From positions 3,472,001-3,536,000 of the forward strand of contig JBLDXI010000024.1 in the NCBI GenBank assembly GCA_047495785.1: a stretch of DNA of 64,000 nucleotides, in the 5' to 3' direction. A program made the translations under genes and the position numbers. Below the pieces are notes generated by a model, which made no database searches, had not been told where the DNA came from, and was given only the letters and a program-made list of their open reading frames with translations. The DNA is from Lepidodermella squamata (taxonomy: Eukaryota > Animalia > Gastrotricha). Shown one piece after another: positions 22,928 to 34,000 of this stretch (positions are counted from its first letter, which is position 1; each line of letters begins with the position of its first letter).

Positions 22928-24469
22928 ATGTTTGATTTGTCAATTTTCGGAATTTTAATCGTCATTTTTCTGGTTATTTATTTCATTGCCTACCGATATG
23001 TCCATGCTCGTCGAGATTTTTTCCGTAATATCGGAATGCCTCACATCGCCCCGAAGCCTTGGTCTGGAACTTGGGCGGCGTATTTAGACGGCGACGATTT
23101 TTTCGAAGTCGAACGCAATCTCGTTCGCGAAAACGGGCCCTTTTTCGGCTTTTTCGAAGGCCGAAGCCCTGTTATCGTGATTTCCGACCCTGAACTTATC
23201 CGCCAGGTCACCTTAAAAGACCACGAATCATTTATCGATCGTCGAAATCTGGTAACTAGCCGCAGGAGTGCGCTAGATTTCGGCGTGGCAAATTTAACCG
23301 GCTCAAGGTGGAAAAATGTTCGAAGGCAAATCACGCCGGCTTTCACTCCGAATTCGATGCGAAAAATCGAACCACTCGTTTTAAAAGCCGTCAAGCAATT
23401 GGTTGACAATTTGGAGAAGCATTGCGACAGCAGCACTGATGTTGACGTGAAGCACTACGCCGGCTGCTTTACCTTAGACACAATCGCTTCGGTCGCATTT
23501 GGGCTAGACATTGATTCTTCAAACAACCCAGATAATGAATTTGTAAAAAATGTCCGATCAGCGTTTTCGGTGAATTTCGCTAAAGGCGGCTTGAGGTATT
23601 TCCTTTACATAGTTTTCATGTTTCCGGCCGTTTTTTCGCTGATGGTCAGAATTTTCGGGTCGAAAATGATGAAACCTTTCGTATTTTTTTCGCAAGTCGT
23701 TGAACAAGAAATTAAGCGAAGACGCGAAAATTGCGTCGAGCGGCCTGATTTTTTGCAGATGGTAATCGGTTTGGAAAAAGATCCGAACGATCCGAATTTT
23801 CGGGATTTTCTTGAATACGACGAATTCGGCCTGCCGTGGTTGAAAAATGGCCTAACTCGAATGGAAATTTTAGGCCAATCCGTGCTATTTTTCGCAGCTG
23901 GTTACGAAACTACGGCTAGTACGCTGTCCTCTGCCCTATTACTACTGAGTCAAAATCCAGATTGCCAGGAAAAATTGTATCAAGAAATTAAGGCGGCTTT
24001 CAAAAATAACGAAGATCCAACGTTGGATTCAATTCACGATTTGAAATATTTGGAAATGTGTATAAATGAAACCATGCGAGTGATGAGTTCATTTTTACGG
24101 CTAGAAAGGACTTGTACGAAAGACACTCAGTTGGGTGGGTATCAAATACCGAAAGGAATTGCGGTTCTAGTGCCGATAAGTGCTATTCACCAAGATCCGA
24201 ATTTGTGGCATGAGCCCGAACGATTTGACCCGGAGCGATTTGCCAACCCGGAAAATATCCCGCCATTTGCTTTCATGCCGTTCGGGGTCGGAAATCGAAG
24301 CTGTATCGGCATGAGATTGGCTATGCTCGAGCTTAAATTGGCTCTGGTTTGCCTGTTAAGGCGGATGCGATTTTCGGTCTCGCCAGATATGACATTTCCT
24401 ATCAAGTGGCGACCAGCTGGTTTGCGTATCAATGAGACTCCGATTTTACTTCGGGCGGAATTTCGATGA
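22928..24469 (+). CDS. Cytochrome P450, CYP3-clan-like, copy 6 (most divergent paralogue)
   Basis: WKNVR, AGYETT, ETMR, PERF, FGVGNRSCIG. Distinct N-terminus. Confidence 0.96.
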   Translation: MFDLSIFGILIVIFLVIYFIAYRYVHARRDFFRNIGMPHIAPKPWSGTWAAYLDGDDFFEVERNLVRENGPFFGFFEGRSPVIVISDPELIRQVTLKDHESFIDRRNLVTSRRSALDFGVANLTGSRWKNVRRQITPAFTPNSMRKIEPLVLKAVKQLVDNLEKHCDSSTDVDVKHYAGCFTLDTIASVAFGLDIDSSNNPDNEFVKNVRSAFSVNFAKGGLRYFLYIVFMFPAVFSLMVRIFGSKMMKPFVFFSQVVEQEIKRRRENCVERPDFLQMVIGLEKDPNDPNFRDFLEYDEFGLPWLKNGLTRMEILGQSVLFFAAGYETTASTLSSALLLLSQNPDCQEKLYQEIKAAFKNNEDPTLDSIHDLKYLEMCINETMRVMSSFLRLERTCTKDTQLGGYQIPKGIAVLVPISAIHQDPNLWHEPERFDPERFANPENIPPFAFMPFGVGNRSCIGMRLAMLELKLALVCLLRRMRFSVSPDMTFPIKWRPAGLRINETPILLRAEFR

Positions 24470-24561
24470 TTATTTCAACTTACGTGCTTTCATTTGAATT
24501 TATTTTAAAATTGAATTTTCCATAATTTATTTGCTATTTTTCTAGATTTTTATACGGTAAA

Positions 24562-24689
24562 ATGAAGCTTGTTTTTCGGCAACTTCAGGGCGCTGAAAAG
24601 CCGTTGGATTTTGACCCGTCCGAAACAATCTCAAATGTTAAAAAATGTCATTCCAGTTGCCTATCTCTTGAAAAGGAAAATTTTGAAGG
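24562..24689 (+). pseudogene. UBL4A exon-1 pseudogene
   Basis: Near-identical to 27625-27778 but with a +1 A frameshift and two deletions. No exon 2 follows. Confidence 0.85.
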
Positions 24690-25297
24690 GTACCTCAATT
24701 TTGTTTTTTCTTGAAAATATCGAGTTTTTCTAAAAAATTCAACAATTAAAAAATTTTAAATTTTAAATTTTTTAAACGAAATTATAATTTTAATCAATTC
24801 AAAATTGAAATATTTTATTTTTTAATTTTTGAGTTAATTTGGGACGAGCCGGAGCTCTCTGACCCCGATTTCACTATGGTTGGTAGCTCTATTTATCCAA
24901 GAATTCTTAAGTTTATTTAATTTGGCAATGTCCTGTACGACAAAGAGACGACATGATGCGTTCAATGCGATTTTTAATGCCATGATTCTCACTTTTCCAC
25001 AATCAAGTTTTTTGCTATATTTTGGAAAAGCTTGATACCGGTTATTCTTATTTTTGAACCGGATGACTTTATTTTCAAACGAGTGGAAGATGTTGGAACC
25101 GGTTTCTATTGATAAACTTTTGTTTTTCATTTTTTCGGTATTTTAGCAGAAGTTATCAATATTTTGGCCTTTGAGAAATTAAAGTGTTGCTTTTCCCTTT
25201 TTAAATTTCGCTCTTTTATGCTGAATATGTTTCCTTATGCAGATGCATTCCTTAAATTATTGTTAATCTAACTTTTGTATAACCCTAGATATTTGCG

Positions 25298-26866
25298 ATG
25301 GAATTTTTCGAAAATCACAAAGGCGCTATTTTGTACTCCGGAGTTGCCATAGGAGCTTTTTCCTTGGCTTCTTACTACCTGGCTTACCGATACGCCACAA
25401 AATATCGCGGCATATTCCGCGAAATCGGGATACCCTACGTTGAACCTACTACCTGGCTCGGTTCACTAGGCACCTACTTCGAGGGGGAGAATTTCTTCGA
25501 AGTTGAGCAAGAATTGATTCGTAAAAACGGCAAATTCTTCGGCCTATTCGAAGGCCGTTATCCATCCATTATGGTCGCCGAGCCTGAACTTATCCGGCAG
25601 GTTCTTTTGAAAGACCACGAATCTTTCATGGACCGGCGAGTTTTGATAAAAAGCCGATCTCGACCTGTTGAATATGGCCTAACAGTGTTAACTGGTCAAA
25701 GGTGGAAACACGTTCGCCAAGCTATAACCCCGGCTTTCACGCCAAATGCGTTGAGGCGGATGACTCCTTTGGTTTTACAATCTGTTGAGCAACTCGTAGC
25801 TAATATCGAGAAGCAATGCGATTTAAACGAAGATATCGATATCAAGATGAATTGTGGATGCTTCACTATGGACGTGATCGCTTCGGTTGCTTTCGGAATC
25901 GAACTTGATTCGTTGAATAATCCGAATAATCCGTTTGTCGAAAACGCTCGAGCTGCGTTTGCCGTTGATTTCACGAAAGGAGCGATGAAGTACTTCATCA
26001 TGATGATATTCGTTTTCCCACATTTGTTCGCTTTTCTGAACAATTTATCGGGCAATAATTCGGCCTTCATGAAGCCTTTCGTGTTTTTCACGAAAATTAC
26101 TGAGCAAGAAATGAGGCGAAGGCGCGAACAAAAAATTGAGCGACCTGATTTTCTTCAAATGACAATGTTACTAGAAAAAGACCCTGAGGATCCGCAGAAT
26201 AAGGATTTTGTCGAAGTCGATGAATTCGGGCAGAAATGGCTGAGAAACGGGTTGACTCATATGGAAATTGTGGGACAGGCCGTTCTCTTCTTCGCAGCTG
26301 GTTATGAAACTACGGCTAATATTCTGGCACTAACCCTTTACGCCTTGAGCAAGCACCCTGAATGTCAAGAGAAGTTGTACGAAGAAGTCATAGCAAATTT
26401 GAAAAATGACGCTCCCACCATGGATTCAGTTCAGGAATTTAAATATCTCGAAATGTGCATAAATGAAACCATGCGACTTTATTGTCCGCTTTCAAGGCTT
26501 GAAAGGATCTGTACAAAGGAAACACAACTGGGTGGTTATCGCATCCCTAAGGACATGGCCATCCTTGTCCCGGCTAATGCGATCCAGCTGGATCCAAATA
26601 TCTGGTATGAGCCGGAGAAATTCGACCCTGAGCGATTTTCTGACCCCGAACGAATTCCCCAGCTCGGCTTCATGCCGTTTGGTCTCGGAAATCGAAATTG
26701 CATTGGGATGAGACTGGCTTACTTAGAACTGAAACTCGCCCTGGTTTGCCTGGTTCGAAAATTGAAGTTTTCGATTTCGCCGAATATGGAAGAACCTATC
26801 AAGTGGAAAGTCAGCGCTTTACGAATGAATGCGACTCCAATTTTACTTAAAGCTGAGCGAAGATAA
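25298..26866 (+). CDS. Cytochrome P450, CYP3-clan-like, copy 7
   Basis: WKHVR, AGYETT, ETMR, PERF, FGLGNRNCIG. Confidence 0.96.
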   Translation: MEFFENHKGAILYSGVAIGAFSLASYYLAYRYATKYRGIFREIGIPYVEPTTWLGSLGTYFEGENFFEVEQELIRKNGKFFGLFEGRYPSIMVAEPELIRQVLLKDHESFMDRRVLIKSRSRPVEYGLTVLTGQRWKHVRQAITPAFTPNALRRMTPLVLQSVEQLVANIEKQCDLNEDIDIKMNCGCFTMDVIASVAFGIELDSLNNPNNPFVENARAAFAVDFTKGAMKYFIMMIFVFPHLFAFLNNLSGNNSAFMKPFVFFTKITEQEMRRRREQKIERPDFLQMTMLLEKDPEDPQNKDFVEVDEFGQKWLRNGLTHMEIVGQAVLFFAAGYETTANILALTLYALSKHPECQEKLYEEVIANLKNDAPTMDSVQEFKYLEMCINETMRLYCPLSRLERICTKETQLGGYRIPKDMAILVPANAIQLDPNIWYEPEKFDPERFSDPERIPQLGFMPFGLGNRNCIGMRLAYLELKLALVCLVRKLKFSISPNMEEPIKWKVSALRMNATPILLKAERR

Positions 26867-27028
26867 CTTGAATCATCGAATTTTTAACAATGATTTTTCT
26901 TTGATCTATTTTTCCTCGTGATTATTTCTATTTTTTCTGCGTCTGAGAATAACCGGTATTTTTAATCTAAGTTGAACCGCTTTTTACATGGTTTAGTCAT
27001 TGTAATTATTTTGTAGAACTTTCTAATA

Positions 27029-27318
27029 ATGAAGCTAGTATTCCGCCAACTGCAGGGCGCTGAGAAGCCGTTGGAATTTGAACCATCTGAGTCGATCTCA
27101 AATGTCAAAAACGTGATTTCCGAACAATTCAGCATTCCGGTTTCAAATTTGAAGCTTCTGTTATAAGGCAAAATTTTGAAATGTAATTTTCCGTTGAATT
27201 TTGCGAAATTTGAAAAAAATTCATTCGATTTTCCTCAGATACCGATGCGGTTGCCTCGTGTGGTTTTGCTGAGAATGACAAAGTGAAGGTTGTCGGTCAG
27301 CCGACTCGGGCCCGTTAG
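27029..27318 (+). pseudogene. Older UBL4A pseudogene (exon 1, intron, truncated exon 2)
   Basis: MKLVFRQLQGAEKPLEFEPSESISNVKNVISEQFSIPVSNLKLLL*GKILK with in-frame TAA at 27164-27166. Exon 2 ends at ...VVGQPTRAR*. Confidence 0.85.
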
Positions 27319-27442
27319 CGTTTCGGTATAAGTCTCCATTCGACGGTAAGCCTTTTACCGCAGCACACAAACAAGGTTACCTTAATGCTCGTGCGGTAAA
27401 ACTAACGCCGCCTCGTATGTTAATTTTTACCGCACGCTCATA

Positions 27443-27532
27443 TCGCCTGATATGAAATTTCCTATCAAGTGGCGACCAGCCGGTTTGCGAATCAATGAGA
27501 CTCCGATTTTACTTCGCGCCGAATTTCGATGA
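27443..27532 (+). pseudogene. 3' fragment of a copy-6 P450 duplicate
   Basis: SPDMKFPIKWRPAGLRINETPILLRAEFR* matches 24380-24469 and is followed by the same 3' UTR and UBL4A start. Confidence 0.9.
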
Positions 27533-27624
27533 TTATTTCAACTTACGAGCTTTCTTTTGAATTTATTTGAAAATTGAATTCTCCATAATTTATTTGCTAT
27601 TTCTCTAGATTTTTATACGGTAAA

Positions 27625-28282
27625 ATGAAGCTTGTTTTTCGGCAACTTCAGGGCGCTGAAAAGCCGTTGGATTTTGACCCGTCCGAAACAATCTCAAATG
27701 TTAAAAATGTCATCTCAGAACAATTTCACATTCCAGTTGCCAATCTGAAGCTGCTCTTGAAAGGGAAAATTTTGAAAGGTACTACAATTTTGATTTTTTC
27801 TTGAATATTTAAATTTTTTTAAAAATTCGAAAATGCAATGACTTTAAATTTTAAATTTGTTAATTTCGAATTTGAATTTTGAATTTTTGAATTTTAAATT
27901 TTTTTCAGTTTTCATATATTTTTTTATTAAATTTTAAATTTTATTGCAGTTCCAATATTTCAGGATTTTTAATTATCTTTTCAATTTTTCAGATTCTGAT
28001 ACTGTTGCATCGAGTGGGTTGGTTGAAAATGACAAAGTGACCGTAGTCGGCCAAGCGACTCGGGCCGCCACATTCTCGCAAGTTCTTCAGCGCATCGCCG
28101 CGAAGCACGTGGGCGAAGAAAAAGCGACGCAAGTGCGTTCGCAGTTCGATCAACTGCTCGAGCGCCGCATCGCCCAGATGAGCATCGACGACATTGAACG
28201 CCTGGTTCGTAAGCTCGACGGCGGTGATAAATCGCAGAAATCGCAGCCGCCAGCATCCACGACATCGCCCATGCGGACCTAG
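27625..28282 (+). CDS. UBL4A: Ubiquitin-like protein 4A (Get5/UBL4A) (exons 27625-27778, 27993-28282)
   Basis: N-terminal UBL (MKLVFRQLQG...LKLLLKGKILKD) plus a C-terminal helix MSIDDIERLV matching the UBL4A TUGS motif (LTLDDIERL). Confidence 0.8.
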
Positions 28283-29316
28283 TTGTTTTTTTTTGGGTTG
28301 AACGCGGCTAATTGGAAAATTATTGTAATTAATAAAAATTGTCTTTGCAATGTAATCTTTTTCTGTGAATAAATCGGAAAATAAATGGTGTTATTCAGAC
28401 CTGTTATTGCTATTATTTTGAATTCTACAATGTGTCCTTTTTGAGTAAAACGCAGTCGAAGAAAATACACGCGGATATGAGCCAATGTCCCAATTCATGG
28501 CCAGAAAAATAAAAAATGCAATGAGACTGGTTATTATGCAATTAGTCGGAATAAAATATCAGGAAAAATTTGGTTCAGCGGTGGAAAATATACAGAAAAT
28601 TACCAAACCAGTTACAATTGGTTTTTTCGGGTTTTATTCTCTGTTCAATTTCGAATTTTTCGGCAAAATCGCGGGTGCAGCAAAGTAGGTTCAATTGTAT
28701 AAAAATAGAGAAATGGCGGTGGCAAATTTTGTATTTACATATCTAAAAAATTAATAGTGAAAAAAGAGATGAACTTTTGTTGACGTCGCTGCAAAATACA
28801 AAAAATTGATGTTAGCTAGAACATATGATTTTTATGAATGACATAAGTGTTCTGCTGATCGCAGAAGAAAAATACCAACCGCTGCTAAAGAGGTCATTTC
28901 GAATTTTGAATTTTCAGCGACAATGACCTTTTGACCTTGTAAAATAAAAATAAAGCAAATAAAGCAAAAATTAGGCGGTTTTTAGTGGAGCCGCCGCGCT
29001 TCAACAGCCACAATCGGCTGAATCGAAGGAGGAGCAGGGAAGGAATAGCTCCGGCTCGGCATTGAACCAGCGAGCAGCGATATTATTCAGCTCAAAAAAA
29101 TCCCACTTGCTCAACTCACCTGTACGCAGGAATGTTATCAATGTATCCCTTGCCTCGCTTCTTTCGAATTTTAATGAAAAACTGTTGTACCTTGTAAGAG
29201 TATCAACGACGACAACAATAAAAACAACACACAATTTCTTGTTATTCTGTTTTTATTATTCTTAGATTTCTTGTGTGATTTTACTTTTTTCTCAATTATC
29301 ATGTGATCATCAATAA

Positions 29317-29976
29317 GCCTGCATTAGCAATAACAACCAAACCGCCGTTGCTGTCGTGCTGTTTGCGCCTGACACATTCGGACCCAACTCGCAGGTTTTT
29401 GCCGTGTGGCTGGCCATTGGTATTCGAGCGTTCCTCGAGACGACGCTGTTCGACATCATGGCAAACATCCGTGGTCGATTCGTGACCCTCGAGCACATGC
29501 GGGTAAGGCTGCGGCGGGCCATCAGACGGCTAGACAGCAACTTCATTCGCGAACATTGCCCAGCCAACATCAACGTTACGCTGTTGTCCCAACCAAGCGA
29601 CGTAGCCATGCACAGCGTCATTGGTGTGTGGCAATGGTGCCAAGTGTTTGCGATCAACTCGTGCGACAGCGCCGCGTTCCTCCACCACAAGTCCGCCGCT
29701 TAAACGGCCAGGCTGACCTACATCGACAGCACGCAGTCAATGTACGAGGACATCTCCCTCGAGGCCAAATTCATGAATCGCGATCCGCATGCCGAAGGCT
29801 CGATTATGTACGACTCGCTCACCTCTGCAACAAATCACAGCGGCCGCGAGGCCCTTCTCGAGCATATGCTCTTCGATGCTCTCAGAAACTTCCGAGGTGC
29901 GCGAATTCGGGCTGTACACGTGCACTTCATCATCGAACGAGCAATGCGACGCATCGATCCGGCGAGCTGGTCATAA
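29317..29976 (+). pseudogene. GC-rich orphan reading frame with 39-aa internal repeat, interrupted by one TAA (29701-29703)
   Basis: ORFs 29356-29703 and 29740-29976 are in the same frame and share an ungapped 16/39-identical repeat. Confidence 0.6.
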
Positions 29977-32446
29977 TGATAAGATAACAACGATGCATCT
30001 ACAACAACGGCAAACGCATCGCTCGGGAGAGTTGGACTTCTTCTACGTCTAATTCTACTGTGAGCAGATGCTTCTTTGCTGCCTCGAGCCGACAAAATGT
30101 AATCATTCCAATATAGGCATGGCGGCATGTGCTCGATGAACAATACGAGCTGGCGGCTGGCCTGACACCATCGCGGAGGATATAAAATGAAAATACGCAC
30201 CCAGTCGTTATTGCCCGGCCGATTTCCGGCTGATAGTGTTCTAAGTCTAATGTCTAATGCGAGTTTTTTAATGCTCCATCCTGCCATTCAACAGCAACTG
30301 CAACAGGAAGCTGAAGTATGCAGTAATCAACGAAAACGTGAGACCAATCGCCATCGTCCGCCGCTCTGGGCCCGGGCGCCGCTTGTCGACTTCGATGGTA
30401 ACCAATTGTAAACAAAATATCTATTCAATTGTGAGAAGCAGAATAATAAATAATCATAATAATATTCAAGCGGTGATTTTGTCGCTGGTGATTTTGATGC
30501 GCGCTTCGATTTTCATGGATTAAAATAAAATAAAAAATCAGACAATTATTACGAATTAAGAACAAAAATCTAGGAGCAACGCAAAATTTGAAAAAATTTG
30601 TATTTCGACCTGGAAATTTTGTGGCAAATTGTGAGATTTCTTTTCTTATAAAAATAATTTTCACTAACTGGGTGATTAGATAGGGAGGGTCATTCTGCCA
30701 TTGTTTGCCGTAGAAAAAATCTATCGCTAACAATCGAATCGAAAACGGGAAAAATAACTCGATGCCCTTTATAACTAGAAGAGGTCAGGAATTTTCCGCG
30801 CACTTTTACTGAATTTTATGATATATCGAGGTACTTAGGCCAGAGGTAGAACAAAATGGTATCAATATGTACCGTTGTCAATTAGGAATGGTAAAAAATG
30901 TAAATTTGTAGCGAAAATTTTATTGGCTTTTATTGGCAACGGCCGCCAAAGATATATGAATGGCGGAAGCGGATAGCTGGTGGAAGAGCACCAAAATTAG
31001 ATGCGAATTCGCGAATTCATCAATCTCGCAAAAATATTTGCCAAGTCGACGATTAAAATCGTGAGAATTCTAGCATTTAGGAAACCGTGTTTTTAACGAA
31101 TTCTTAAAGAAAAATTAAGGAAGATTTTAGTTGCGAGCGCATCTACCGACTGGTGTTTTATACTGAGCAGTTACACATCAGAGGAAGGTAACAGGTAACA
31201 ATTCAATTAAAACGTGATTATTTCGTGATTCATTCATGCGTGCCCTTGACGCAGTGCGTGCGTGTCACTTTGTTTACCGCCGCATTCCAGGTGTTTCTGC
31301 TAATCTTGCGTGTGTAAAGGAGCTGACTCGTCTGACTGTTCGCCGACGGCCTGACTTGAATAAGACGAAGCCGCTCTTTTCAGGCGTTGTGGCCGTGACT
31401 TGATAAAGAATAGTAGTCATTAGGCCGGAAACCTTGCGACTAAAACGAAGCTTGATATACTCTGAGGCCTGAGGCTAATAGTCTTAAGCCTAAGGCTGGA
31501 AACGCTTCAACAATCAGTAGATGGAGCGCTATCTAAAGTCAGCTTCTTAAAAGGTTTTTATTATAAAAATATAAATGAATCATGAATGTTCAATAATGAC
31601 ATCAAATTTCAGCTCCTGTCATCATAATTTCAGCTAAAATTCAAAATTCGCCGTAAAATATACCGACTCAAATTCGAAATGAAAAAAAAACGAGACTGGG
31701 GATGGATAAAGTTTGCAGCAATTTTTCCATCTCGGATCTTCATCTGAGTTTGTGCGAAAAAATGTAACTGAAACAAGCATCAATCCAAACAGCTAAGTAT
31801 TGCTGATCATTACGCACCACATTTGTTTATAGACTTTCGCTTCTCGTCGAAGGAGAAGCCCAAGAAATCGCCCGAAGGCTCATTGAATGTTCCCACGCAC
31901 GGAAATCTTTAGTAAAAGGCGAAAGATTTGTACGTTTTGCGCGGAAACCAGAGTACTCTATAGCCCTTTTTCTTTTGACTCCCTTTTCAAATTGGCAACG
32001 GATGTGACAGCAACTTTATTAGCATATTCAAAAAAACAAGGTTTCTTTTCCATTTTGTTTATGTTTTTTCAGGCAACGGTGTTTTTACTTTGAACGGGCG
32101 GGATGTTAATAATCATAATAAAGTAATAAAAAGAGGCGAACACAATTTACTGTTGATGATTTACATTTTTCGCCATACACAGACTGTTATGACTCTTGAT
32201 AATTTTGAAGATGCTGCAAACCCCAGTTTTCACTTGTCAGGTGCATGCGAATTAGTATTACATTTACCGCGCAGCCAATCAAATGAAAAAGGGTGTTTGG
32301 GCTTCATTTTTTATTGCTTTCAGGGTTGATAATAGCGGGGTACCTCATAAATCTGCACGAATAGGTATATTCGACGCTCCTGTCTACAGAAAATTCGAGA
32401 ACATACAAATATGGCCGAAAAAATTGTTATAAAATATCTGATAAAT

Positions 32447-32537
32447 TTCTAGAAAATTCCGCTCATGGGAATTTTCTAGAATTTTCCATGCCGCCATATT
32501 CCCGATTTTTCTAGAATTTTCTCCTCCGACTTTATAA
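32447..32537 (+). promoter_or_regulatory. Three heat-shock elements plus TATA box
   Basis: TTCtaGAAaaTTC (32447), GAAttTTCtaGAAttTTC (32469), TTCtaGAAttTTC (32509) and TATAA (32533) upstream of HSP20. Confidence 0.9.
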
Positions 32538-32666
32538 GGCGCTAAATTCTGCTTGTTAATCGTGTACATTTCTCAAGCCTGAACTACGAAATCAAGATTA
32601 ACTATCAGCTTCGTTGCAATTTCATTTTTTTCCGCTATTGCCTGATCGAATTTCTACAGCATCAAA

Positions 32667-33296
32667 ATGAGCTTTTGGCTAACGAGCTATTCTCGCCCAA
32701 CCGTTGTCGACTGGCCGTCGCTGGTCTGTGATGACCACCTGGCCGACTTGGCGCTGTCGAATTTCCTCGACTACGACCGCTCGTTCGAGGCCCTCGGCCA
32801 CGAGATGAACCGCCTGCGCCGCAACATGGACCGCAATTTCCGCGCCTCGCAGCAGCAACTGGCGAGCGCCCTCAACAACATGGCGACGCGGCCGGGCAGT
32901 CTGCTGGAGCACCGCAGCCTGGTGAACCCGATCGAGACGGACGCGGAGGGCAACCGGCGGCTGAAGTGCACCTTCGACCTGCGGCACTTCAAGCCCGAGG
33001 AGGTGAACGTGACGCTGGACTCGAAGCAGCGCTGCATCAAGGTCGAGGCGAGCCACGAGACCACGGACGAGCAGAACCGGGCGAGCGTGAAGCGCCACTA
33101 CCTGCGCCACCTGTACCTGCCCGACGACGCCAGCATCGACCCGGCCAAGCTGGAGCTGCAGTCGAGCATGAGCCACGACGGCCAGCTCAGCATCGAGGCC
33201 CCGCTGCCGAAGCTGCCCAAGGTCGAGGCTCCACCCCAGCAACAGCAGCAGCAGGCCATTGCCGCTCCGACTCCAATCACTGTCAATCGCATCTGA
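32667..33296 (+). CDS. Small heat-shock protein (HSP20/alpha-crystallin), intronless
   Basis: FDLRHFKPEEVNV...IKVEASHE...R...LPDD......L.SSMSHDGQLSIEAP alpha-crystallin domain, C-terminal ITV motif, upstream HSEs. Confidence 0.93.
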   Translation: MSFWLTSYSRPTVVDWPSLVCDDHLADLALSNFLDYDRSFEALGHEMNRLRRNMDRNFRASQQQLASALNNMATRPGSLLEHRSLVNPIETDAEGNRRLKCTFDLRHFKPEEVNVTLDSKQRCIKVEASHETTDEQNRASVKRHYLRHLYLPDDASIDPAKLELQSSMSHDGQLSIEAPLPKLPKVEAPPQQQQQQAIAAPTPITVNRI

Positions 33297-34000
33297 AATG
33301 TCGGCAGTCATGAAAATTCGCAATCAATATCAAAATTGACTGAATTTTGCTTGAATTAACTGTAGCGCTTGTTATCTCTTCAGTGCTTCTGTAATATAGT
33401 CATGAGATATTTCGGTGATTTTTCAATAAAATATGTTTCCATGAACGTGAGCGTTAAATTTATATTTATTTATAGGCCAAATCTTGAAATGCCGGGAGCT
33501 TTGAAATCTCAAAAGAGATAGGACATGGCACCTTCACAAACTCGATAGATCAACGAGGATGAGCAAAACCTAGTTGAATCGCCGTTTCATTACTCGAGTT
33601 CACTTTACTCCAGTAATGTTTTAAAATCGGTCAAAAGGAGAGAAACCCAAAGCGTCGCCCATCTTAATTTCACGTGTCGCGCTTTGTTTACTTTGCGCAC
33701 AACTTTTAGTTTTGCGCGACGTTTCGAATTAATTTGCACTACCGGGTCAAAAGAATCGGCTATCATCTTTGCTATCAATGTACTGTTGGCTTTTGCTTTT
33801 TTCTGAGCTTATTGCTGATAAAGTCTATCGCTAATGATAATAATACGATAATACTCAAATTATTATACCTGGAAAGTTATTCATTATATTAGCATAAAAA
33901 CTAACAATTTTGCTGCTAACATTTGAGTTGAAAGCCAGTCTGCTTAATATTTCTTTTGGTTTGTCCAAGTTGAGAATTTTCTCTACCCAAAGATATAAAC

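Noticed and set aside
11197-26711. Recurrent antisense and alternative-frame ORFs inside each P450
   Set aside because: Shadows of the conserved sense CDS. They recur only because the genes are paralogous.
32679-33323. 214-aa antisense ORF over HSP20
   Set aside because: Explained by the GC3-rich codon usage of the sense gene.
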